This document shows, piece by piece, positions 1 through 10,040 of a stretch of 26,613 bases of DNA; positions within the stretch are counted from its first letter, which is position 1, and each line of letters starts with the position of its first letter. The position numbers and the translations under genes were made by a program. The notes under the pieces were generated by a model. That model ran no database searches. It was not told the origin of the DNA and worked only from the letters and a program-made list of their open reading frames with translations. The DNA is taken from the NCBI RefSeq assembly GCF_006345805.1, contig NW_021834135.1:1-26613 (forward strand), given 5' to 3'. This DNA comes from Octopus sinensis (Eukaryota).

Positions 1-95
1 AGTTGTGTGCTCATAATCTTAGGTCGTGGTTTCGATTTTGGACTAGGCAGCATATTATGTCCTGGAATAAGAAACTTCATTTTTCTTTGCTCATT
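1..95 (+). mobile_element. Degenerate tRNA-derived SINE head fragment (cut by window edge)
   Basis: B-box-like GGTTTCGATT at ~28-37 followed by GTCCTGGAATAAGAAACTT, resembling the post-tRNA segment of tRNA-SINEs; highly decayed. Confidence 0.35.
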
Positions 96-1152
96 TAATA
101 AATATATATCATCTAATACACACAGGATTTAAACGCGAGTTACAATGAGTTCTATGCTTATGATAGTAGAATAGTCGGACGAGTTAGTATAGCTTGGTGT
201 TAAATATCAGGCTTAAAATACAACACATCTACTTTTTCTTTCTTTCTTTTTCTTTTATTATTTTTTCTCTCTCGTTATCTTTCATGTACTTATAAATCTC
301 AGAAAAACGAGAAAGAACGAGAGAAGAAAGTAAATGAAAAAAAAATGAAAAACGAGAAAAAAAACAGAGGGAAAGGAGATAAAAAAAAATTGAGATTCTT
401 TCGTACGTTAGAACGACAATTAACAATGGTGGTCGAGGTAAAAACGACGGGTAGGACTAAAGTTGGTGAGACTATGCTTAATCCAGAAGGGTAGTGTTCT
501 CCAATTCGATAATAGAAACTTGCGTAAATGCTTGCATTTAGTGAAAATCTCGGATCTGTAATTCAGTAGGTCAGTGGAGCTCTTAAATTTAAATCTTTTC
601 GGCGACCTGGCCGCGATTGGTCCTTAAGATTTGCCAACTGGACCAGTCTAAGGGTAATAACTCGCCCCGTTTAAGGCTCAGACAGTGTATATTATTCACT
701 TGTTTACAAATTAATTGGTCGTAACGGTTTTCTAGCACAAGTTTGAAGAGAGGTTATATGCCCGCTGCCATTGGAGCCTAACGAGTCGCATATAAAGTTA
801 TATCATTGGTCACTATGACTTAACATATATTTAACTTCATATAAATATATATAGGCATATATAGGCTTGTATACATATACATAGACATATATATACAGAG
901 TGGTAGGGATAATTTTATGCATTTGTGTGGGTTATTAGAAGAATGCTGGAAAGAAAGAGCTTCTATTTCAACACTCGTGTTTCAGTGTACTTAGTAAAGC
1001 ATGAGTTTGTGTATTTGCATGTTTTAGCATATAATAATTAGGATATTTATATATATATGCTAGGACCGGTGTATTGCTGTGCAAGGTGACTATTTCGAAA
1101 GAGATAGTGTTAAAACTAAGGTAAATAGCTTATTTTTTTATCAAACATAACT

Positions 1153-1528
1153 AGTGGCTGTGTGGTAAGTTGCTTGTTTACCAACCACATGGTTCCGGGT
1201 TCAGTCCCACTGCGTGGCACCTTGGGCAAGTGTCTTCTACTATAGCCTCGGGCCGACCAATGCCTTGTGAGTGGATTTAGTAGACGGAAACTGAAAGAAG
1301 CTTGTCGTATATATGTATATATATATGTGTGTATGTGTGTGTGTTTGTGTGTCTGTGTTTGTCCCCCGATGCTGGTGTGTTTATGTCCCCGTCACATAGC
1401 GGTTCGGCAAAATAGACCGATAGAATAAGTACTGGGCTTACAAAGAATAGGTCCCGGGGTCGAGTTGCTCGACTAAAGGCGGTGCCCCAGCATGGCCGCA
1501 GTCAAATGACTGAAACAAGTAAAAAAAA
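1153..1528 (+). mobile_element. SINE-A copy (tRNA-derived), lacking first ~10 nt, small internal deletion
   Basis: A box TGGCTGTGTGG, B box GGTTCAGTCCC, internal (TA)n(TG)n, core GGGGTCGAGTTGCTCGACT, tail ...TGAAACAAGTAAAA; near-identical to other copies in window. Confidence 0.93.
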
Positions 1529-1781
1529 CCCATAGACCTTTTGATACCACCTCATATAATGTGTGTGTGCGTGTGCGTGTGTCTGTGTGTGTGTGTCTTT
1601 CTCTCTATCTATATATCCATCTATTTATCTATATCTCATCTATATCTATATATAGATGTATACTATATATACTAAATATACAGACACATTTATGTATCAT
1701 ACGCGTATTCTCACACGCGGACATGAATTAGAGATTTATAAGTACACGAAAGATAACGAGAGAGAGAAACAATAATAAAAG

Positions 1782-1782
<1 letters not shown>

Positions 1783-1851
<69 letters not shown>

Positions 1852-1955
1852 GACTGAAGGAAGTAGTGAAAGAAAAATAGAACGACAGAGAAGGGCGGAG
1901 AGAAAAAGAGAGAAATAGAGAGCGGGGTGAGATATAGATTGACAGAGAGAGAGTC

Positions 1956-2004
<49 letters not shown>
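1783..2004. repeat. (GAAA)n and (GACA)n microsatellites
   Basis: (GAAA)n at 1783-1850 and (GACA)n at 1956-2004, read directly. Confidence 0.97.
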
Positions 2005-2006
<2 letters not shown>

Positions 2007-2220
2007 GGGAAAGAGAGAGAGAGAACGATGAACAGAGAAGCAAATGGCAAAGGGAGATTGGTAGAACATTTTGTTTTTGTTTTTTGTTTTTTTGTTTTGT
2101 TTTGTGTGTGTTTTTTTTGTTAGCTGAAACTTTCTGCCGTTAGTGGTCGTTTCCCACAAATGACTCATCAGTAAAACCGGTTCGTAATACTGGAACCTTT
2201 CTTTTGTGGCCGCAATGACG

Positions 2221-2385
2221 AATAATATAATAATATAATAATAATAATATAATAATAATAATAATAACAATAACAATAACAATAATAATAATAATCATAA
2301 ATAATAATAATAAAAAAAAACAAAAAAATAATAATAATAATAATAATAATAAATAATAATAATAATAATAAAATAATAATAGAAA

Positions 2386-2421
<36 letters not shown>

Positions 2422-2583
2422 TAATATAATAATATAATAAAAAATATAATAATAATAATAATAAAAAAAAAATAATAATACTAATAATATAATAAAATAA
2501 TAATATAATAATAATAAAATAATAATAATAATAATAATAATATAATAATAATAATAATAATAATAATAAAATAATAATAATAA

Positions 2584-2623
<40 letters not shown>

Positions 2624-3105
2624 TAATAATAATAATATAATAAATCATAATATAATATCATAATAATAATACTAATAAAAATAATATAATTAATAATAAT
2701 GATAATAATAATAATGATAATATAATGATAATAATATAATAATAATAATAATAATAATAAAATAATAATGATAATAATAATAATAATAATAATAATGATG
2801 ATAATAATAATATAATAATGATAATAATAATAATAATAATAATAATATAATAATGATAATAATAAATAATAATAATAATAAAATATAATGATAATAATAA
2901 TAATATAATAATATAATAATAATGATAATAATAATAATGATAATAATAAAATAATAATATAATAATATAATAATAACAATAATAATAATAATAATAATAA
3001 TCATATATAATATAATAATAATAACAATAATAATAATAGCATTATTATTAATATTACTACTACTACTACTACTAATAACAACACAACAACAGCAATAATT
3101 ATAAT
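2221..3105. repeat. ~880-bp degenerate (AAT)n microsatellite with GAT/AAC/ACT variants
   Basis: Seen directly; accounts for the poly-I/Y/L ORFs 2140..2979 and 2690..3145. Confidence 0.97.
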
Positions 3106-3289
3106 GTAGAATAAATAAATGAGTAAGTAAATGCTTCTGGATCACCCAAAGTCAGTGTTCTGAGTGACCCCTTCTTAATGCATTATATGTATATGCATAA
3201 AATATATGCATTTATATTACCATATTTGGACAGTGCGCAAAATGGACGCGATGAGAATTTTGTGCTTTTTAAACTTCCATAGCCAATGT

Positions 3290-3452
3290 TTTATACATGT
3301 ATGTATGTATGTATATATGTATGTATATATATGTATATATGTGTGCATATATATGAATATATATATTTTATTTTATTTTATTTATTTTATCTAGTTTCAG
3401 CTCACGAGCTGTGGCCATGCTGGAGCACCGCCATGTGTGTACATATATATAT

Positions 3453-3483
<31 letters not shown>

Positions 3484-3627
3484 ATGTATAATGTAAATAC
3501 AATGCATATATATGTATATGTGAATTCATATATATATATATAATGTATGTATATGTGTGTGTGTGTGTGTTGTGTGTGTGTGTGTTTGTGTGTGTGTCTA
3601 TGTATCTATGTATCTATGTATATCTAT

Positions 3628-3670
<43 letters not shown>
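3290..3670. repeat. Compound (TATG)/(TA)/(TG)/(CA) microsatellite region containing a SINE-A-like tail fragment (~3388-3432, minus)
   Basis: Simple repeats seen directly; GTTTCAGCTCACGAGCTGTGGCCATGCTGGAGCACCGCC matches the reverse complement of the SINE-A 3' end. Confidence 0.85.
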
Positions 3671-3672
<2 letters not shown>

Positions 3673-3683
3673 CTGGTCAGAGG

Positions 3684-3838
3684 AAATTCCGCCGAGGTCG
3701 ACTTTGCCTTTCATCCTTTCGGGGTCGATTAAATAAGTACCAGTTACGCACTGGGGGTCGATGTAATCGACTTAATCCGTTTGTGTGTCCTTGTTTGTCT
3801 CCTCTATGTTTAGCCCCTTGTGGGTAATAAAGAAACAG
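3684..3838 (+). mobile_element. SINE-B, 5'-truncated
   Basis: AAATTCCGCCGAGGTCGACTTTGCCTTTCATCCTTTCGGGGTCGATTAAATAAGTACCAG...; near-identical to the 3' two-thirds of the copy at 8282-8520. Confidence 0.9.
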
Positions 3839-4942
3839 ATATAGAGATGCTGTATTATTGTTTCAGTAAGCATGTAGTAGCACCGCGAGAATAGTTTTTG
3901 ACACAGTACAATAAAGAAATAACGAAAAGCGAATACAACAGTTAAATGGCTGAAGATGTCTCTGCCACGATGTAATTGTTTCGATTTCAACAAACAGTCT
4001 GTGATTAAATCAGTTGCCCAACAAGACTAACTCCAAAAGAAAATTTAGATTACTAAACATAAAATATTGTTGGTCACTTAACATGTCTCAACAACACGTT
4101 GATATAAATAGCGCGACTGTTACAATAAAACATTCTTTTGTTGCTATCGAAATCTTTATTTTGAATATTTTCTCAGTGTTTTATTTGACCCTGTTTGCAT
4201 TTCACTCTCTATTGAATGTGTGATTATTTGTAAAGTGACAATAATTTCGTGCTCGCTAAATTTTTACTCCAAGCTGACGTCATACTTTGTTTACTCTCAC
4301 GTACTAATGAAAAAAAAAAGAAGTATTCGCCGTAACAATATCGAGAACTGTCTCTGGTTTTAATATGTCTCTGGGTTTAAGTCATCAGGATTGCTACTCA
4401 GAAGAGCCCAGTTAAAAGTGATATGATAAAGTAAAGCTACAGTATAACTTGTAGCTATGTTATGCTACCAATTACCATGCCACAGAAGGTTTTCAGGAAT
4501 TGAAGCCGTTCAAGAATTTGGACCTGGAGATCTCCATTTCCAGCTACTTCGAGGGCCACCTCCCAGTGGTGTTGGGCGTCAACGAAGAGCCCTCGACTAC
4601 AAAAAGACGATCAAAGTTTTTTTTTTTTACCTAGGTCTGGTGTCTCCCACCCCTAAGCCCTAGACCATCACCTAATCACCCTTACCCGTCTTGTTGCTTA
4701 ACAACAACAACAATCAAGAATTGAAAGATTCATAAAGCACAATGCAGACTGCATATAGAAAATACAAGGGGAAATTCACAAATATTTGATTTACTCGGCA
4801 TTTCAATAAATTAACGAAATACACAAATACGTGAAGTTTGGTGAGGTTGTCTGTAGTTATCGAGAAAGAGAGTAGTAGACTGAGTGATTTTTAAAAATTA
4901 AAAATAGTTGATATGATTTTCAACTCAAACGTTACCAATATA

Positions 4943-5336
4943 TCTTTATATATAAAAGAAAGGTTGTGTGTCTGTCTCCTACGATTTAGATTCCTAACTA
5001 CTCCCACAGTTTGCGGTGCAGTTTAACCAAAACCGGGTATCTTATAGTCGTGATTCATATCGAGTCCTTCTGGGTATTAGCGCGCGTCTACGATGAGTCT
5101 ACGATTTAAAAAAAATTTATCATCATTTTTTTCCATTTTAATGCATTTTTTCGCTATTATATAAGGGAAGTAACTCTCTAAAAATGTCTACGATGAGTCA
5201 ACGATTTAAAAAAATTTACCATAATTTTTTTCCATTTTTAATGCATTTTTTTGCTATTTTTTGGCTATAACTCTCTAAAAATGCTTATATAGTTATTTCC
5301 CTAAAAAACCCGAGCAACGCCGGGTGATACTGCTAG
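4943..5336 (+). mobile_element. Non-autonomous Helitron, copy 1 (394 bp)
   Basis: 5'-TC (4943-4944) preceded by A; 3'-CTAG (5333-5336) followed by T; subterminal hairpin CCCGAGCAACGCCGGG; internal ~95-bp tandem duplication; second copy at 21645-22040 defines both ends. Confidence 0.88.
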
Positions 5337-5345
5337 TATAATATA

Positions 5346-5645
5346 AAAAGAAAAAGCACTCAGAGAGCGCAAACCTCCGCCAAGGCAAAATCAACGCCCT
5401 GTCAACGATAAGCCGGAGATGATTTTTTTAAATGAGAATATATGAAATAAACTTGACTACTCTCACAAACGAGAATACTAAACATGAACCCGATCGCTCT
5501 CAAAAATGGAGGAAAAATAAAACAGGAAAAATAATCCAGAATCTTTGTATGGTACCGGATCGATCCCATATTCTAATCAGTTCGTGCCAGTCATGAGGCC
5601 AAACATCCCTGAAAGTTTCATCTGAATGCATTCTGGAACTCTGAT
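5346..5645 (+). mobile_element. HINE/Helentron-like (DINE-1-type) non-autonomous element, partial
   Basis: Begins AAAAGCACTCAGAGAGCGCAAACCTCCGCCAAGGC and contains CCGGATCGATCCC...TCTAATCAGTTC...CATCCCTGAAAGTTTCATC, motifs I recall from widespread invertebrate/fish HINE-type repeats. The partner subterminal repeat is not present. Confidence 0.5.
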
Positions 5646-5647
5646 AC

Positions 5648-5692
5648 TTATACTATCGATCTTTTTCGCCGAACTGCTAGATTACGGGGACA

Positions 5693-5723
<31 letters not shown>

Positions 5724-5800
5724 GTACACATACATACAGACGCACGCAACACACACACACACAAACACACATACATACATACAGACGCACGCAGCACACA
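5648..5800 (-). mobile_element. SINE-A internal fragment plus (CA)n
   Basis: TACTATCGATCTTTTTCGCCGAACTGCTAGATTACGGGGACACAAACAC matches the reverse strand of the SINE-A middle. Confidence 0.7.
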
Positions 5801-6540
5801 CATAAAACATTCTGACAGATAGACGATACAAAGGCGGACAAGAGAAACAACATTCAGAAGGACAGGCAAAAAAATGACGGGTCATTCGCGGCCTTCTTTC
5901 GTCAGTCAAGTACCAGAAGTCACGACCGTTTCGGGCAGTTACACTTGTGACGGTTCGATCTGGTTGCCCCCCAAAAAGTCTAAGCTAAGAGCATTAGATT
6001 CCTTTGTAAGAAAGCTAGTGAATGTGTATAGCAACAAAGACAAAAAGAAGAAAAAAACGGAGAACATGCTACACAATTACGAATACAAACAATAAGAAAA
6101 TAACAACAGGTGTCTTTCGACTGAGAACGAATCCAATTGAGCTGGCGTATATGAAGTGAAAGCCTAAACGCAGGAACATAGGAGATGGACATAAGAGATG
6201 TTGGTGATCGGCAGTCAGGTCAAGAAAGAAAGATCATGGCTGGCCGGACACTGATCACGTAGAAGGAATAGAGATGGGTAGGGGGAAGCGGGATTGAAGG
6301 ATTAGAAAAATATCGGAGATAAGGAGAATGGTACAGGGGAGATAAATGTTTTGGAAATAGTGGGAGTTAAAGAAATGTGAGAGAGAGGGGGAGCGAGAAA
6401 AAGAAAAATAGGAGGAAATGAGAGGGGGACTAATTAGAAATTCAATATTTCTAATTTTGGTGATCAGTGAATAAATTTCGCTGAAAATATTATATATTTG
6501 CAAAGCGGTTGCAGCCATCTCAACTAGCAGGACTTACTAC

Positions 6541-6586
6541 CCTGGACTGATGACGAGCAAGATTCAGAAACATGCATGTCTTCAGG
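6541..6586 (+). ncRNA. Type I hammerhead ribozyme motif (minimal, palindromic stem III)
   Basis: CCTGGA-CTGATGA-CGAGCAAGATTCA-GAAA-CATGCATG-TC-TTCAGG: stem I CCTGGA/TTCAGG (6 bp, one G.U), core CUGAUGA and GAAA, GUC cleavage triplet (C6580), stem III CATGCATG self-complementary. Stem II is weak (GAG/TTC with a C.A closing mismatch). Confidence 0.75.
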
Positions 6587-6984
6587 TGCTAATCCTAACT
6601 GGCGGGGATGCTTGCCTCCCCTTTGCAAATATAAGAACACAGGAAATGTGTCAAAGCCGACAGGAAGCGTCGATGGGCTAAATAACGGTGGTATGATTCC
6701 CTTTACGGGACTGTCACGTTGAGTTGACAGTAAACAACACTATATAATATATATATATATTAATAAAAGGTTCCATTCCATTGTCTGATTTTCACGTTTT
6801 ATTTACAATCTTATAATGATATATTATAAGAATAATATATTATAATTGAATAAAATAAAATGAAATAGTAGAATGTTAAATGTTCATTCTGATTGAACTA
6901 GTACTTTCATGCATTGAATTCTGCAATCTTCGGGTTCATGTAGTAGTGTTGACAGTCATTCTTCTATACACAATCACATACACC

Positions 6985-7035
6985 CATATATATATATATA
7001 TAATATATTAATAATATATATATATATATAATTAT

Positions 7036-7079
<44 letters not shown>

Positions 7080-7082
7080 TAT
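6985..7082. repeat. (TA)n-rich microsatellite
   Basis: Seen directly. Confidence 0.9.
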
Positions 7083-7900
7083 TAGGTACGTACATATATG
7101 TATGTATATATGCATATGTTTTATTTATTAATTTATTATATGACGGAACGCACGCATCCATTTCTAAGTAAGATCGTTCTTGATATTAATAATGATGCGC
7201 AGTCTTAACTTTTCTGTCCCCTCCCTTTCTCAGCCTTCATTCTTTCTGGTTTCCTTTTCTTCTACCTTACTGTCTCTCCCTCTCTCTCTCTCATTCTTCA
7301 TTGGTTTCCTCTACAACCATTCCCTTTTTTCTCTCCCTTTCTCTTGCTCCTCCTCCTCCCTCCCGTCGTTGACCCGCGACGAGAGCTCTGCTACTGTCTT
7401 TCTGACCTGGCTTCCTTGAAGTGTAGACGGCATTTTCTGTTGCTCCTTTGCCGTTCTCAAAAATAGCGTTCTTGTCTTGTTATTCTCCTTGTCCTGTCTT
7501 TTACTTTTTATATTTTGTACTGTCGTTACTGACCTGTTTTTGTTACCATTTTTACCCCTCCGCAAAAAGATCTCAAATTTTATTTAATTTGCTTTTCGCG
7601 GGAAGAAAAGTTTCTATCGAAGATGCGTATCGCCTTCACCTTCGAAACGCAGAGTAGATGAAACCATGGCGACTGAAGAAGGGGAATTTTCCTTGTGTTA
7701 TTTGCCCTGTACTCTATTTTTTCGTTGTTTAAGAAAAATCTCCAGTTCCTTGGTTTTGTGTTTATGTTTTCGTTTCTCATTGTGTTCGACGTTTTTTTTT
7801 TTGGTGTCCTGTACCCATATATGCATGTATATATACATGTAGAGGTAGGTACGTACATATATGTATGTATATATGCATATGTTTTATTTATTTATTAATT

Positions 7901-7903
<3 letters not shown>
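7083..7903. repeat. Pair of ~54-bp direct repeats (7083-7136, 7846-7903) enclosing a 709-bp TC-rich segment
   Basis: 47 identical nt TAGGTACGTACATATATGTATGTATATATGCATATGTTTTATTTATT at 7083 and 7846, continuing AATTTAT after one extra TATT unit in the second copy. Confidence 0.85.
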
Positions 7904-7938
<35 letters not shown>

Positions 7939-8008
7939 GTGTGTGTGTGTGTCTGTGTCTGTGTCTGTGTGTGTGTGTGTGTGCGCGTGCGTGATGGTGG
8001 GGTGTAGG

Positions 8009-8170
8009 ACGGGTTTCTTTGAGTTTCTCTCCACCAAATCCACCCACAAGGCTTTGATCAGCCCGAGGCTATAGTGAAAGACACTTGCCCAATCTGTCAC
8101 GCAATGGGACTGAACCCGGGACCATGTGGTTGGGAAAGCAAGCTTCTTACCACACAGCCACGTCTGCGCC
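8009..8170 (-). mobile_element. SINE-A 5' half, diverged
   Basis: Reverse complement of tRNA head (...GGGACTGAACCCGGGACCATGTGG...CTTACCACACAGCCAC...GCGCC). Confidence 0.85.
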
Positions 8171-8281
8171 ATGGCTATTTTCGGAGATGGACTTGTCTGG
8201 CATGTGATTTGATTTGAGACTATGCGTTGAAACTAAAACAATTACAACGTGCTGTATGTATTAGTGCGGTTATATGAGTGA

Positions 8282-8520
8282 GGAAGGCGGCGGGCTGGCA
8301 GAAACGTTAGCACGCCGGGCGAAATGCTTAGCGGTATTTCGTCTGCCGTTACGTTCTGAGTTCAAATTCCGCCGAGGTCGACTCTGCCTTTCATCCTTTC
8401 GGGGTCGATTAAATAAGTACCAGTTACGCACTGGGGTCGATATAATCGACTTAATCCCTTTGTCTGTCCTTGTTTGAACTCTCATGTGTTTAGCCCCTTG
8501 TGGGTGTAGTAAAGAAATAT
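8282..8520 (+). mobile_element. SINE-B, apparently full length (tRNA-derived)
   Basis: A-box-like TGGCAGAAACG, B box GAGTTCAAATTCC, core GTCGACTCTGCCTTTCATCCTTTCGGGGTCGAT...TAAGTACCAG...GGGGTCGATATAATCGAC, tail ...GTAAAGAAATA. Confidence 0.9.
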
Positions 8521-8734
8521 GTATTAGTGTGGACTGAAAGCAAAAAATGTACAAACCATCGCACCGCTGTCTGAAGAGTTTGATAATCGTTAACGTACTT
8601 AGTTGAATTGTTTAGGTATCGACTTCAGCATCGCTGATTTACTCAGCGTTCAGTAAACCATCCAACATGCTTTCTCCCAACGAAAAGCCATTGTTGAAGC
8701 TTGAACTAACTTTCCAAGCGAAGTTTTCGAACCC

Positions 8735-9340
8735 TTGATCTTACCTCACATTTATCACCTACATCAAATCTTCTCATCTCACACCTACATTTTATATCGA
8801 TTCATTAGTTCTCACCTCACATTCACCTTCTCCACCAAATCGCTAACCTCACTTCCTCTCACCCACCTTCTTATACTTCGTGCTTCTCTCCTCCTCCTCT
8901 TTTCAGCGCTTTTCCTCCTCCCATCAACACGTCACCTCATACACCTACCTCTCTTCTTTTACAACCTCTACTCACCTCTCTCACCTTTCATCATCCCACT
9001 GATCACCTCCTTTCATCTCTATTACCATCATCCTTCATCTCCACTCCCCATTTCCAACACTTAACATCCCTTCCGCACCTCTTCTACTTGCAGCCTCTCT
9101 CAACACTTCATGGGTCACTAAAATTCCCGGCATACTCCGTCGATTCTCCCACTCTCTCTGTCTATCTTCTTTTCTATTCCATCTCTCCCCTCTCTCCTTC
9201 CTTCTCTCCCTCCCCCCTCTCTCTCTTACTTTGTCTCGTTTACTATCTTTTGTATTCTTCACACCCACCCGTCATCATAATGCACTCAATGCCACTCTCA
9301 GTCAACTCTTTGCCACCCTAACACCCATTTAGGAACATCA
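8735..9340. other. Strand-asymmetric C/T-rich, G-poor low-complexity tract of unknown origin
   Basis: Very few G on + over ~600 bp; the ORFs here are compositional (L/S/P/H/F-rich). Confidence 0.6.
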
Positions 9341-9571
9341 GTGCTAACGAGGCTAAAGTCACAAATGCCTCTGCTCACCATCAAAGACAATAAAATAAAT
9401 AAACAAATACAAATAACATATAAATAAGATATAAATAAAATGTAAAACAATCACAGACTCTGTAACTCCCACTCTTCTACAACCATTCGCTGTATCCTTT
9501 TTCCTGTTTCCTTAAAATATAATTACATTCCTGCGACGGTGTAAGTTCTTACCGTTTCTTCACAAGAAACA

Positions 9572-9580
9572 TTATCATTA

Positions 9581-9618
<38 letters not shown>

Positions 9619-9692
9619 GTTTTTTCCTTTTTCTTCAAGTTTTCTTCCGTTTCTCGCCGAGTGTTTTCCATGCATCTAGAGCAGAGAAGCTC
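9572..9692 (-). mobile_element. Short LINE-like 3' end with (AAT)n tail
   Basis: Minus strand reads ...CACTCGGCGAGAAACGGAAGAAAACTTGAAGAAAAGGAAAAAAC-(AAT)n; unique segment ~9619-9692 between AAT tracts. Identity inferred from context. Confidence 0.5.
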
Positions 9693-9702
9693 ATTGTTGT
9701 TG

Positions 9703-9741
<39 letters not shown>

Positions 9742-9972
9742 TATCATTATTATTATTATTATTATTTTATTATTATTATTATCATTATTATTATTATTAT
9801 TCAGTAGTTTTATCTTTTATAGCGTGCTTTCACTTCACTACCGAGCGCAGCTCTGTGTGCCTTGGGTATGTGCTGTGATTTGTTGTGATGCTCTGATGGT
9901 TATTGTATGGAAAGTGTTCTGCGTAGGATGTGTGCAGTGCCTAGTAGTGCAATTTTCTGTATGTTATATGTG
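9693..9972 (-). mobile_element. Severely 5'-truncated R4/Dong-type non-LTR retrotransposon 3' end with (AAT)n tail
   Basis: Minus strand 9971-9900 encodes TYNIQKIALLGTAHILRRTLSIQ*, matching the terminal LQKSALLG.ARIL..VL motif of the element at 13278-14445; ~100-nt 3'UTR, then (AAT)n at 9693-9800. Confidence 0.8.
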
Positions 9973-9979
9973 TTTGTTG

Positions 9980-10040
<61 letters not shown>

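Noticed and set aside
2135-2182. Minus-strand CTGATGAGTC...GGGAAACGACC hammerhead-like string
   Set aside because: Stem II does not close, U16.1 is absent, and stem I pairing is poor.
2140-3145. 279-aa and 151-aa ORFs
   Set aside because: Antisense translations of the (AAT)n array (poly-I/L/Y); no stop codons arise in those frames by composition.
4275-4282. Perfect CRE palindrome TGACGTCA
   Set aside because: A single 8-mer in 26 kb is compatible with chance; no supporting context.
5908-5950. Minus-strand GTCAC...CTGCCCGAAACGGTCGTGAC half-hammerhead
   Set aside because: Stems I and III are plausible but the CUGANGA core and 5' arm of stem II are missing; cannot be supported.
9529-9580. CCTGCGACGGTGTAAGTTCTTACCG...GAAAC as hammerhead
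   Set aside because: Core lacks a base, GAAA is displaced by 11 nt, and there is no stem I or III.
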